DNA of 32,105 nucleotides from Pelomyxa schiedti (lineage: Eukaryota > Protista > Evosea), in the NCBI GenBank assembly GCA_020536535.1, contig JAHLWZ010000384.1:1-32105 (forward strand). Direction: 5' to 3'. Below, piece after piece: positions 1 through 11,213 of the stretch (positions are counted from its first letter, which is position 1; each line of letters opens with the position of its first letter). A program made the position numbers and the translations under genes. The notes below the pieces were generated by a model. The model had not been told where the DNA came from and did not search any database. It saw only the letters and a program-made list of their open reading frames with translations.

Positions 1-114
1 GTCCTGTTTGAGCCGTGCCATCACATCATTTGCTGTGAGGAATGTGCTTCCCGGTTAGGCAAGTGCCCCAAGTGCCGCGCACCAATTGCCTCCCACACAA
101 AGGTATACTTCTGA
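1..114 (+). CDS. 3' end of a C3HC4 RING protein; partial second copy of the CCCH-RING gene at 22892-24362
   Basis: Frame 1 reads VLFEPCHHIICCEECASRLGKCPKCRAPIASHTKVYF* and matches 24249-24362. Confidence 0.9.
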   Translation, partial: VLFEPCHHIICCEECASRLGKCPKCRAPIASHTKVYF

Positions 115-201
115 GGTTGTTGTGTTATTTATGTGTTGAAAATCAGTCCCACTTTTATTATTGTTTGTTGCAACTTTGTGTCAAATTTTGTTTCTTCTTG
201 A

Positions 202-512
202 TCAACGTTTGTGGTGTTTTTTGTTCTGGTTGCAGCATCCCTCAGCACAAGAGCACATGGGGCCACATTGTTGTTTGCGGCGCCTGCAGGAGCAGTTGTT
301 TAGCGAACATGGGAAGTAAATGCCCCCTTGCCAGCCACATTTGATTGTACGCGGGTGAGCAGGCACAGTTGCGGCTGTTGTTGTGTTTATCTTTGTATTT
401 GGGGATGGTGACTTTGCTGCTGTGTTTGTTGCCGCAACACAGGCCTTGCCCTTGTTCCATTCCTCAACGAATTTGGCATGGCGCTGAAAGTGATCATCTT
501 TTGTTGGAGGAA
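202..512 (-). CDS. 3' end of the Cys-rich (CXC-like) protein; partial copy of the gene at 24456-26320
   Basis: PPTKDDHFQRHAKF...CGWQGGIYFPCSLNNCSCRRRKQQCGPMCSCAEGCCN...KHHKR*; matches the C-terminus of ORF 24456..24926. Confidence 0.85.
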
Positions 513-612
513 NNNNNNNNNNNNNNNNNNNNNNNNNNNNNNNNNNNNNNNNNNNNNNNNNNNNNNNNNNNNNNNNNNNNNNNNNNNNNNNNNNNNNNNN
601 NNNNNNNNNNNN
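513..612. other. Assembly gap (exactly 100 N, probably of unknown size)
   Basis: Run of 100 N; the flanks belong to different genes. Confidence 0.99.
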
Positions 613-3600
613 ACTGGCAGTGTCAGCAGCATCAGGAGCACAATGTGGGCGACGCAGCAGCAGGGTGAGGGTGAGGGTGGTGGTGGGGTCGCTGCTGTTA
701 GGTTCCGTGGTGGTGGTCGTCGTCGTCGATGTAAGCGGAGTTGTTATCGACATTGGTGTTGATGATGGGGGTTGCGATGAGGGTGGGTTCTCGTGGTGGG
801 GACTGCTGGTGCCGGTAATGGCGGGGGTGATGGTAGTAGCAGTGGGGGATGATGTTGACTGGGGCAGATGGGGCTCGGTTGGTTCACTTATGGGTGTGGG
901 TGTTGTTATGGGAGCGGGGAGTTGGTGTGGCAGTGGCTGGTGTGGAGGGGGTGGTGGGGGTAGTTGTGGCTGTGGCTGTGGTGGTGGTGGTGGTGGGGGG
1001 GTGGCCATGGGGGCAGCTGTTGTTGTTGTTGTTGTTTTTGGGGGAGACTGTGAGTGTGTAGGGGATGGGGATGATTTGAATTGGGGGTGACCGGCTGTTG
1101 TTGGGGAGTGCAGTGTTATTTGGGGTTGAGTGTCCTCTTGTTGTTGTTGCCGGGGTTGTTGGTGGTGATTGCTGTGGTGCTGTTGATGTGTGAGGAGGGC
1201 GTTCCGGAGCCGGAGGTTCTCTTTGGCAAGAAGCTGGTATTCGTGCAACAGCTGTGGTACGTCAACTACGCTCAGCTGCGACAGAGGCATGCTGATAAAC
1301 TTGTAGGAAATCGACTCGGCTGGGGGCACCTCCATAATATATCAGTTCGCGGTGGAAATACAAGAGCACTTACTTGGGGTTTCGTTGGTGGAAGAATTAA
1401 TGATGAAGTAGGCTTGGAGGAACTATCAGCAGGTCGAACTGGAATTACATTAGGCTCACACATCGAGATGAAGAATATTAAACAATACCTGCGGGGATGA
1501 CTGCAGGCATGGGTGCATTGGTCAGAGGCACCTTTGACTCAAGTTGTTCCCCTACAGATCGGGAGCGGGTGCGCTGCTGTACTATTCTCATTCCACCTGT
1601 TGAAGGTATGGACCCAGTTTTCCGGTGCTGTGACTTTGGGACTTCCGGAATATCCACGGGTGTGGATTCTGACATAGATTGTGGGTTCATGTGCCTGAGC
1701 AGGAGTTTCAGTATAATCTTGTAAATATTAAAGTAGTTACATGTTCCATTCTACTGTAGAGATGTTGAGAGATGAGCTATCCATGTCTCGCAAGAAAGTT
1801 ACAGCAGACGCTAGGTTGACAAAGTAGTAGCCAACCTCACTACTCTGGAAATCCGAACTGCGGAATGATTTAATGTACCTGAGAAGGAAAAGGAAACAAG
1901 TTAGGTGGCATATTGAAGAAATAGCAAGACCTTATATTAGATACAATAGCAGGGGGATTGGCTTTCAAAACTGTATAGATAAGAAGCGGCAGTAGATCGT
2001 CAGCACCAGGTGTCCTCTGCATATATCTGGCTTTGATTCTTCAACTAAAACAATCTTATGAAGGTAATGCACGTACTTAAGGTCTTAAAAATAGCTTGGC
2101 AACACATGAACACAGTGGAGAGTTTTTCTTTTGGTGTCTTGAAATCGTTCATTTTACATAACTCAGTTTGAGCTACCAAGAGGCCTTCCTCTACCTCCTT
2201 GGTACTTTCCCCAAATTAGAGATATGAATTGATGAAGTTGCTTACTCTGGTAGATCGATTTCAAGATGTTTGAGGGTTATCCACTGCAAAGACTGCAACC
2301 GTTGTCTGATGGCTTCATCATCTTCGACGTCCTTTGTCATAATTCCGTTGCTGGCCAGGATAGGTGGAAATGTACTGAAGGCATATTAGCATTCAAAACA
2401 AAATAAACCCCACTTACACAGAGTAAAGTTTCCAAGTGAGAAATTTTTCAAGAGACTCCATTGTAGCGGCCACCTCAGCCTCGGACCCTCCCAACCATAA
2501 CGGATGCAGGGAAAATAGATTTTCGGTGAGTGTTTTAATGTAATTCCACAGTTCCTTTCCCTTAGCATCTAAGGGCCGCTGCATATCAGAAGAAAAATCT
2601 TTCATGAATCTGGTGGATATTAGTAGAAGAAATAACAAGGTTTGGGTTTTTATTTAGCAGGAAGGTTTCTTGATGAAGTTATACTTACTGTTGTATATTG
2701 TTGGAAACATCAGCAGCCCTTTTATCTGTTAATTTCTCTGAGAACATATCATCTGGGAGGCCGAAAATATTTTTTGGAGGAGAATCAGGGAAGAGGGGGG
2801 CATAAGTAGTATTTGAAGCCGGTGCTGCAGTAGAGGGATTGTTTGGTGATGCGGGGATCGGAATGGGGGAGGAGGGGCGTGGAAATTCGTCCTGAAAAAG
2901 TACTGGAGTGGTTATTGGTGTAGTGGAGGTGGTATCAATTGTATTCAGAAGTGATGGTGACGTGCCAATGCTTGAAGGGGAGGGTGGAAAAGGGGGAGTA
3001 GTTGTGAATGGAGGGGGTGACTGTGAAGGTATAAGGGAGGGCTGTGGAATATAAGAGGATTTTGGTGGCGTAGTGGCAAGAAGTGAAGAATACTCCTCCA
3101 CATGGGATTCCATCTCGGGCTTCTTGTCGTTGGTGTTGTTGGATTCAGCCCATTCACAGCCCTAAAGCCCAAAATTAGGGGAAATTCAAACTCATGACAA
3201 AGAGATACAGGGTAAATGAACGGGGAAGATAACAGAAACATAGCAACGATGACCCCATTCACTTTCAAAGTACTCTCTCGTAGGCGGATGAGAGAAGCAC
3301 TATTTGCACCTGTATTAGGCGGAATCTCGAATTGGTCAAATAACGCTCTGAGGGAGTGTGTTAGGCCCATGAATGTGCAGTTGTGCCCTACGTACTTATT
3401 TTTTATAAATACATCTTGTAGATTAGGGTTGAGTGGGTCGAAGGATGGGAGGGGTGCTGACACAACATAGAACAGGTCTTGCTTTTGGCTTGTTATCCCA
3501 AGCATCCCATTGAGGGAGACAAACCTAACAAAAAATAATAATTGGAAGGAGTAGCATGCTATTGGAAGGAGGAACCGGGTTGGATTCGCAGTAGAAAAAA

Positions 3601-4601
3601 TTATCATATGCGCCAGCAAAAACGAACTGCAGATAGAAAGACCTTCCAGTGAGACACTATGCGGTACTATGAGGGTAGCCTTTGTCATGTGAGTGAAAAG
3701 AACTCCCATTTTAGAGAAAAGACGTGAAAAACGTTGAGCACCTCACTTTTTACCAGCTCGGCAGATTCAATGCAATTTCCACTTACAATTGTTGTAATCA
3801 CTGTGTTATTGCTTAACTCATGCGACATCAAACCCACAACCCCTCCAGAAGTTTCGTATGAATTAGTGGGTGCAACATTTCCTACGGTTCCTTTGGGCTT
3901 GTATTTAGTAAGTGAAAGTTGAATCAAACGAAATAAGAACATAAAAAAAAAAAAATTCAAGATAACATATTATCCATAGAACTATAGGACTGGGGAAAAC
4001 AAAACAAAAAAAAAAAAAAAAAAAGCCAAGGCACACCCACCACCACAGCTGATTTTCTCTTGTCACTCGTTGTTGATGATGATGTTGCCAACGACTTGAC
4101 AGATCCTGAAGTACCCAATGACGACGAGGACGAGGACGAGGACCCTAAGGAGGTTGGCATGGGCTGCGACGTGACCAGAGGCGCTGCTGCTGCTGCTGCT
4201 GTCACGCCGGGCAGCGGCACCGGGGCTTGCAGCACCCCCACCGTGGCGGCCGCCCCGCCCCCGCTGCTGCTGCTGCCGCTTGTTGTGGTGGTCGTGGCGG
4301 GAGTGGCGCCCGTGGGTGGCGGGGGTGTGGCGGATGGCGGGGGTGCGTGGTCGCCCCTGCCTGGCGTGGTTGGCGCCTTGGCCTTGCTTGGGGGTGCTGC
4401 CGCCCGCGGGGACTGCGTCAGAGACGACGAGGTGTTGGATCTCCTGAGGGCGGCCAGGCCCTTGGCCAGCAGGCCGCCACCCCCCCCGCTCCCCGTGCCC
4501 GTGCTCGTGTGCGCCGACGCCGACGCGGTGCTGCCACCGGGGGTCCCTGGGCTCGTGGCCCGCACCCCGCCCCCCACCGACGACGTGGATGTCACCGACA
4601 T
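613..4601 (-). CDS. VPS9-domain Rab5-family guanine nucleotide exchange factor (Vps9/Rabex-5/plant VPS9a-like); multi-exon, 3' end runs into the gap
   Basis: ATG at 4601. Spliced translation gives HPLWLGGSEAEVAATMESLEKFLTWKLY, ELCKMNDFKTPKEKL, PGADDLLPLLIYTVLKANPP, and SEVGYYFVNLASAVTFL (VPS9 catalytic motifs). C-terminal YKFISMPLSQLSVVDVPQLLHEYQLL resembles the plant VPS9a tail. GT-AG introns restore frame. Confidence 0.9.
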
Positions 4602-4755
4602 GTAGTAGTCTTGTTTACTTGAAAAGAAAAGGGAATAACACCGAATCGCCAGGATTTCCATAGAATGGATTTCATTTCAATGCAAACTTCCTTTCTTGTT
4701 GGCTGCGGCACAAACACCCGTGGGTTGGCCTCTGAGTCACTATTTCCCATGAGTG

Positions 4756-6742
4756 CTATTCGTCAGGGGCAGCGTTCTCGTATAGCTCGCCGTATAGTTC
4801 TATGCCGGATAGCACGAGGAAGTTGTGGCGGGATGAGTTGTATGATGTCTGGAGTATCCTGAAGTATCTGTATGTCTGTAGTGTGCCCATACCGACGACG
4901 GCCCACGTGTGTGTTGCATAGCCCTCGTTGAGCGAGCAGTCCCCAGCGTGCCTCATCAGTAGCACCCATTGCTTCCCATCCTTGGACCCCTATGTGTATG
5001 TTGTTGGTTGGTTTGTTGGTTGGCTGGTTTTTGGGAGCGTGGCGATGCGGGAAATAGTTTTTGAGAGGAAAACGGAATTGCGAATGTTGGATTGAATACC
5101 TGTAAATCCCAGGTTCTAAGGCTGTCGGCTTTGAATTTCATGCCGTGGCGGAGGGTGTATTTGCTGAGTAGCACGGAGCGGGAGGGACCGAGGTCCAGGC
5201 AGAACCATGATGCCGGAACATCTTTGGTCCAGAGTTGTGTTGCAAGCTTTTCCACAAGGTCACGCGGTTGCCCCCTTTCTAGGCTTGACGCTATATGTGG
5301 ATTGTTTTTGGTTTTGTTTTTTTTTCCCAATTAGAAACCAGAAACATTGTTGCGATTGTAAAGTAGAAGTACCTGTTACTTTGACACCCCCGGGCATATC
5401 GTGGGGATTTCTCCACTTCTCCTGTAACCCGTCGGTTGCTATCCAATGCAAGACTCCTTGTTCATCAAAGTCGTGTGTATGTTCAAATTGTATTCCTTGG
5501 GCTCTCCTTGGTTGAAGCCTGGGTGACATTAATGGGAATCAATAAAGTGAAGAGTTTGCTACAAACCGTTGGGTCATTACAATTGGCAAGTCCGGTCTCT
5601 CCAATTTTTGAAGTTTAAACATGACTGCTTCGATGATAAACTCACGGGGTACAAGTGGGTTAGAAACTGCTTCCAGAAGCTAGGTTTTTTAAAATCAGTG
5701 GGTAGTAAGGAAACGGTTACCTGCTCAGCCGTGAAGAATCTAAATCTAATGGATCCCATTATATCACAGATAGTTTGGGGGGACAATTTGTCCATTTTTT
5801 TCTTGAAAGTTTTATTGAACCACCAGTATTTCAGGAACAGTACCATTATGTAGTTACATATAGTTGTGTATAGTACATATTCACTCTTTACAGTGAAGTT
5901 CCTGTGTGCTACCAACTTGAGGAAGACCACAGGCTCTATGGATGAAAAATCCGTCCCCGGAGCCATGAGACGGAAATTTTTGGCTATTACCTATACTGGC
6001 GAATTTTGAAAGGTGAGAAGGGAAAAAGGATGAGCTCAACACACCCTCAAACATTTTTCTACAGTGTCTTCGGCGTCGAAACTGGCAGCTTTCTCTAGCA
6101 TGGCAAGGACATTGTCCCTGTGTATCCTACTCCCAATGTAGTTGAAACACGCCCTTTGTAAATCCTGCGAATTTTAAGGAAGTATGGTTTTTAAAAAGAA
6201 AAAAAAATACAGGAACTAGATAGTGATCAGCCATAGATAGCAAGGGAATAGCAATTTCGGAAGTCAGGTCAACAGTACCAGTATACATAAATTGAAGTAA
6301 AATTGGAAACCTGTCGAAAGAAACTTACAACAGGATGGGAATATTGCCCATACACATGGTCAGGGTCTGGGTATTTCAACTCAATAGTGTACTGTGTGGA
6401 CTCCTTAAATTCGCCGAGCAGAAGCCTAAGAAGGAGACGTTAAACAAATATCAATATTTTAAAAAAAAAAAAAATACCAACCTTCTAAAAAACTCAGAGC
6501 TCGTAGCTAAGATAATCCTGTGAGCCCGATACCTACCATCCCAGTTACATGGATTACAAAACAAAACTCATTCTCCATCACTACACTATCAGTAGTATTT
6601 TAATGAGAAGTTTAGGTAATGTTTGTTGTTTTCAGGAGTAGCACCTCTCCCTTGGACTAGTGCGTCCCACAATTAGGGTTACGTCGCTGAATGTGCCCCG
6701 GCTTAGGAACTTGCCAAACCCACCCTGGAACAACGACGCCAT
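4756..6742 (-). CDS. BTB/POZ-BACK-F5/8C (discoidin/galactose-binding-like) protein; probable Cullin-3 adaptor; multi-exon
   Basis: ATG at 6742: MASLFQGGFGKFLSRGTFSDVTLIV ... YRAHRIILATSSEFFRR ... FPILLQFMYTG (BTB). BACK-like middle. C-terminal FEHTHDFDEQGVLHWIAT, WFCLDLG, YTLRHG, LRTWDLQ, YRYFRILQT, LSGIELYG. Stop at 4756-4758. Confidence 0.88.
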
Positions 6743-6896
6743 CAACAACCCCCCGGTCTCACTCCCCTTCCGTTGCCCTTTATTAAATTTTGTCGTTTCT
6801 TTTAATCCTTCTCCGAAAGCAGATACAAGATAGAATTTACAGATCAGAGTACGAACATTTGTGTTGGTTTAGTAGTTAGTGTTGTGCGTGACTGAC

Positions 6897-9800
6897 CTAG
6901 TTGTTATTCGATGTGGTTGTTGTTGTTGCAGTAGCTGATGTCATAGTGATGCCAACAGAGCCACGTGCCAGCCTGTCCTTGTCCTTCTGGTTCACGACGT
7001 TGAACTTTGACGCGTCTGCCGTCTGCATTGCCTTCTCAGGGTCGTCAGACATCGATATCATCCCGCTGTGGCTCTTGCCGTCGCCGGTCCTGGTCCTTGT
7101 CCTCGTCCTCCTGCGGGACAGTTGCTTCACGTTGACTTTCCCAATTGCGGCAGGGTCCCCCGCAGTTGCATTGGTTGCGTCAGCCTTGATGGCGGCCACT
7201 TCTGGGGAGATCTCCTCGAGCATGGAGCCCACGGTCGTGGCTATGGTCTCGAACTCTGGGCGGGACTCGATCTCCTGGGCCCAGCACTTGATGGCCAGGC
7301 TCGAATAATTCTGCGGGCACTCTTCGTCGAATTCGGGCCGGGCTCCACCGGCGACCTTTTTTTGTGTTATGCATTAATAAATGTACTTATCGTATGGGGA
7401 ATTGAATTGATAAAGTGCAAATGGAAAGGGAACTGGTAGAGGTGATAGAAGTGAAAGCGGGGAAAAAAGCATAAAAGAAACAAACCTTGCGGGGAATGTC
7501 CCAGCAAGGGACATCAGCCCAGGGCTCATCTCGCATCCACATCTCCCATAGGCATATTCCAAAGCTGAATACGTCAACCTGGTACAAATTCTCAGTGTTG
7601 CGGTGTGAAGGAGTGAAGAACTAACCTTACTATTGTACGGCTTTGTGGTTAGAAGCTCGGGAGCCTATGCAATTGCGTTAGCAGGAATAAAAAAAAAAAA
7701 CCGCAATAAATTTACCATGTACACAGGTGTGCCCAGACCACATGTATAATTATTAATTTGCCCTACGTTACCGTTAATAAACGCAAATGGAGGATTCTTT
7801 CAACCAGGATTTTCCACATTTCTTGCAGTTCCGAAATCTGACAAGGTGTAAAGGAAAGGAAGTTCTGGTGATGCAAACCTGTGAGCTTGCAATTGACTGG
7901 AGCGTCTAAAGCTGTGGATACAAGAAGCAGGTTTCCTGCCTTGAAGTCTCCTACGGGTACTGTTAACAATATGTAGAAGTAGGCAAAGTGAAACTGAAGA
8001 GGATGTTATTCTTGTGGAGGAAAGCCATAGCTTCAGCAGCGTTGAGTGCAAACTTGAGAATCAAAACATATGGGATGTCCACATCGGAGTCTAAATAAGA
8101 GCCCAAGCTTCCTCTTTCTATTAACTCTGTACATATACACAATTTACCTGGCTTTTTGTTAGGTTTATATACAAGACGGAAATGCCGAACCAGGGATATG
8201 GGAAGCTCCAATGAAGGTAACGATATAGGGATGTCGCAGCCGCTTCATAAGCTCACATTCTTCATTGAAGTCATTCATCTCAGCCTCCCGGAAGGCTTCT
8301 TGGTGCTTCAGAATTTTCACTGCCACCATTTGTGTGCGATAGACTCCACCAAATACTGACCTAACAAAAAAGATTCAGCATAGAACAACAAGGAGGAATG
8401 GGGTACCCAAAACCACCAGAGGCAATGGGCAAGGGATCAAGCATCACTTCTTCAGGATCAATTCGTTCGGACACAGCTCCTTCTAATTTGACCATTACCC
8501 AAAGGGTCTCTATTTCCTCTTCTCCCTCTTTCGCATTTGCTGGCTTCATCTCAAGCTTTACAGGATGCTCATAGTGTGTTGTGTACTTAAGGATGAATTT
8601 CACTTTCACCCTCACAGCACTACGTGAGGGAATAAATCCAGTCCCAGGAGTGATGCTGAGTTCCATCAAATGGGGTGTGTTCGCCACATAAAAGCAATAA
8701 TGCATTCTCCTCTTTGAGCGATTCATTACAACCAATTCGTCGTCCAGCTGTTGCATTACAGGGCAGGCATCACTTTCAGCAAGTCCGAAAGTAAGTGTTG
8801 GTTTATCCAGCCCCAGTCCTACTTCAGTCAAGTGCTCATCCCTCTCAGATGTCTTCGCTAATACTGCTGCAATTTCTTCTTTGGTCATTGCTGGCATCTT
8901 TTCAGCTGGAGCGTTTCTGGCAGCTTGTGCCAGTCTTCTCTGCCGTTTTGCAAAGAACACAAGGCCAGCTCCAGCAGCACCCAATCCTACCACCCCCACA
9001 ATCCCAAGCACAACAACTATAATTCCAATAGCAAAGCTTGGAAGAGGCTCCTTTTGGGCTGTGAAGTTCATAGCAAACCCAATATCTGTCATCTGGTTGT
9101 CACTGGACATGACAACAAGAATCTTTGTTGACTCAATGGTGATAGGGGCCAGATCAGCCGCCGACGGACTCCCTGGAATTGGTTGTCATAACAAAGAAGA
9201 CTGTTGTGCGACATACATGAATACATTCGCACCAGGTCACCTTGATTTCCCTTGGAGTCACTGTAGTAAATTGCCACGGTATCTCCCCAGAAGGCGATAA
9301 ATTCGAACTCAAACAGTATCTTGTCATACTTTTTACCAACATCTACGAACCATCTGCACTCAACCTGGTGAAACTTAGAGTTACAGAATTCAGACGAAGA
9401 AACACACTTTATTGAGATAGTGCATGTAGGCAGCACCTCGCATGGGATCCGATTTGTTGTAGTAGGCGTCTCCTGGGATAAGCCCAGTGGACTCATGAAT
9501 TTTGGTAAAGGAGGGACATCCTCTACTGCAATCAAACCAGTAATAGCCCCCGTTACACCAACACTTATTGTCGTAGCAAGCACCGTTATCTGTTTCGGCA
9601 TTGCAGTCATTTTGTCCGGTTTCGCAATCAACTTCGTCTTGGGTATAGCCACATTCAGTGTAGTCAAGTACGACGACCTAGAGTAATCCTATTAGAGTTT
9701 TCCAGAGATAGGAGCATACATCGTATTCCAGGAGTACCCACCCACCAGAGTCCCGAACAATGAAAGCCCAAACAGAAGGAGAGAGGAATGATGGGAACTG

Positions 9801-10910
9801 ACCAGTACCGGCAACACCAAGTTCGATGTTTGGGTCATTGGGATTATACCATGTGGTCCAAGTCAATAAATACCGCCAATCCTGAATTTCACTGTTTGTG
9901 ACTGCATTGACATCATACACTTGAAGCCCGGCAAGGTCATACTCCCCATAGATAAGAGGCCTTCAAAAAAGTGGATTTGTGTTCACAAGGTTATTGGTGG
10001 AGAAGGGAAGCAAAGAAGCATACGGTACATAGTACTGTGCGATCACCGGGTCAGAAGGGCAGAGCGTATCTTCCATGGAGTACTGCATAACGCAGTCTGG
10101 ACCAGCCCACAGGGGATCACACTCGCAAACACCATAAACCCACAGGCAGGTTCCATGTTCATCACACCAGTCCGTACACCCAGGCCAGTAACAAAGCCAT
10201 CTAGTTTTCCGTTATTCACCAAGTCCAGCACCGTAATGATACCCCCCAAAAATGAAAATGGCTAGCAAAAACCCAAACCTGAGTTCGAAAGAATTTCTCT
10301 CGTAGTAAAAGTTCTCAAAGTAAGCCGGCTCGCCATCAACAGTAGAATTCACGAACCTCCCACACGAGAATTCGAACGAGAACGAGACTGAGAACTCCGC
10401 ATAGTCCCAGCAATAGATATCCACCAAAAAAGTCGCAGAGTCATCCGCACTGGTCGGCGCCGCCCCATAATCCACCCACCCATCATCCAGAATCGCGTAG
10501 GTATACGTGTATTCGGGAAAAACGGCGGACCCCTCAGACTCCCCAGACAGCCTGATGGCCCACGAGTTGGTGAAAAAGCACTGATCCAATCCCCCGGTCG
10601 TGCCCCAGTCCGTGACGACGTCGTCGGGCGGGGACCAGCCCCACGTGACCGCGAGCTCCGGGTCGAAGTAGTCGACGTGTGGCATGTGATCTGATGCCCC
10701 GGACATGTCGCCGATAAACTCGGGCTGCGTCGACGAGCACAGGACCACGGGTACGTCGACGTAGGAGCCGTCGTCGGCCCACGGCAGCGACGCGGTGACC
10801 CACAGGCCACCTCCGGTGCAGGAGGGCCCCTGGGCCGCGATTATGGGAGCCAAGAGTGCTAGTGTTACAGCTAGGATGGCGGCTGCGTGGTGGGGGTGGG
10901 CTGAAGCCAT
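6897..10910 (-). CDS. Single-pass receptor protein kinase (TKL group): signal peptide, extracellular EGF-like x2 and CUB, TM, Ig-like juxtamembrane domain, kinase
   Basis: Signal peptide MASAHPHHAAAILAVTLALLAPIIAAQ. TM FAIGIIVVVLGIVGVVGLGAAGAGLVFF followed by KRQRR. Spliced kinase motifs IASGGFGSVF, VAVK, LRHPYIV, FRDFKAGN, DFG, GTPVYMAPE, DVFSFG, CWAQEIESRP. Confidence 0.92.
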
Positions 10911-11213
10911 CTTTCTCGGCGATATAGGTTATAGGGAGTATGTATAGTATAGAAGGCAACAACAAGGACGGTGGTCGCGTTGAAGTGCGTTACGTGTGTA
11001 ACGAGTGGTTGTTTTTTTTCGTTTTTCCGGTTAGGGGAAGGTGAAACTTTTCATCTGCGAAAAGCTGTTCCGCTGAACTGCCTCGGGCAGTCCACTCGGG
11101 TCAGAGGAGAAAGCTCCCTGGGTACTTGTTCCTTGTGTTCCTCTGTTCGGATTATGGGGTCTGTTGTAGGCTCACCAGAGGTTAGTAGAGGCTTTTTATC
11201 AGCTGAATTGTGA

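Larger units (their letters stand above)
1..512 (+). repeat. Near-identical direct copy of 24249-24772
   Basis: Base-by-base match with a few SNPs and two 6-nt indels; ends at the N gap. Confidence 0.97.

Noticed and set aside
202-1335. 377-aa ORF fusing the VPS9 tail to the Cys-rich domain
   Set aside because: It reads through the 100-N gap, and the two halves belong to different genes.
4060-4622. Long antisense ORFs over GC-rich low-complexity exons (also 620-1090, 18318-18827, 31277-31821)
   Set aside because: These are stop-poor shadows of real exons on the opposite strand.
9400-9667. N-terminal half of ORF 9089..9667, and ORF 10043..10249, as coding sequence
   Set aside because: Another frame encodes clear EGF-like cysteine patterns with phase-compatible splice sites.
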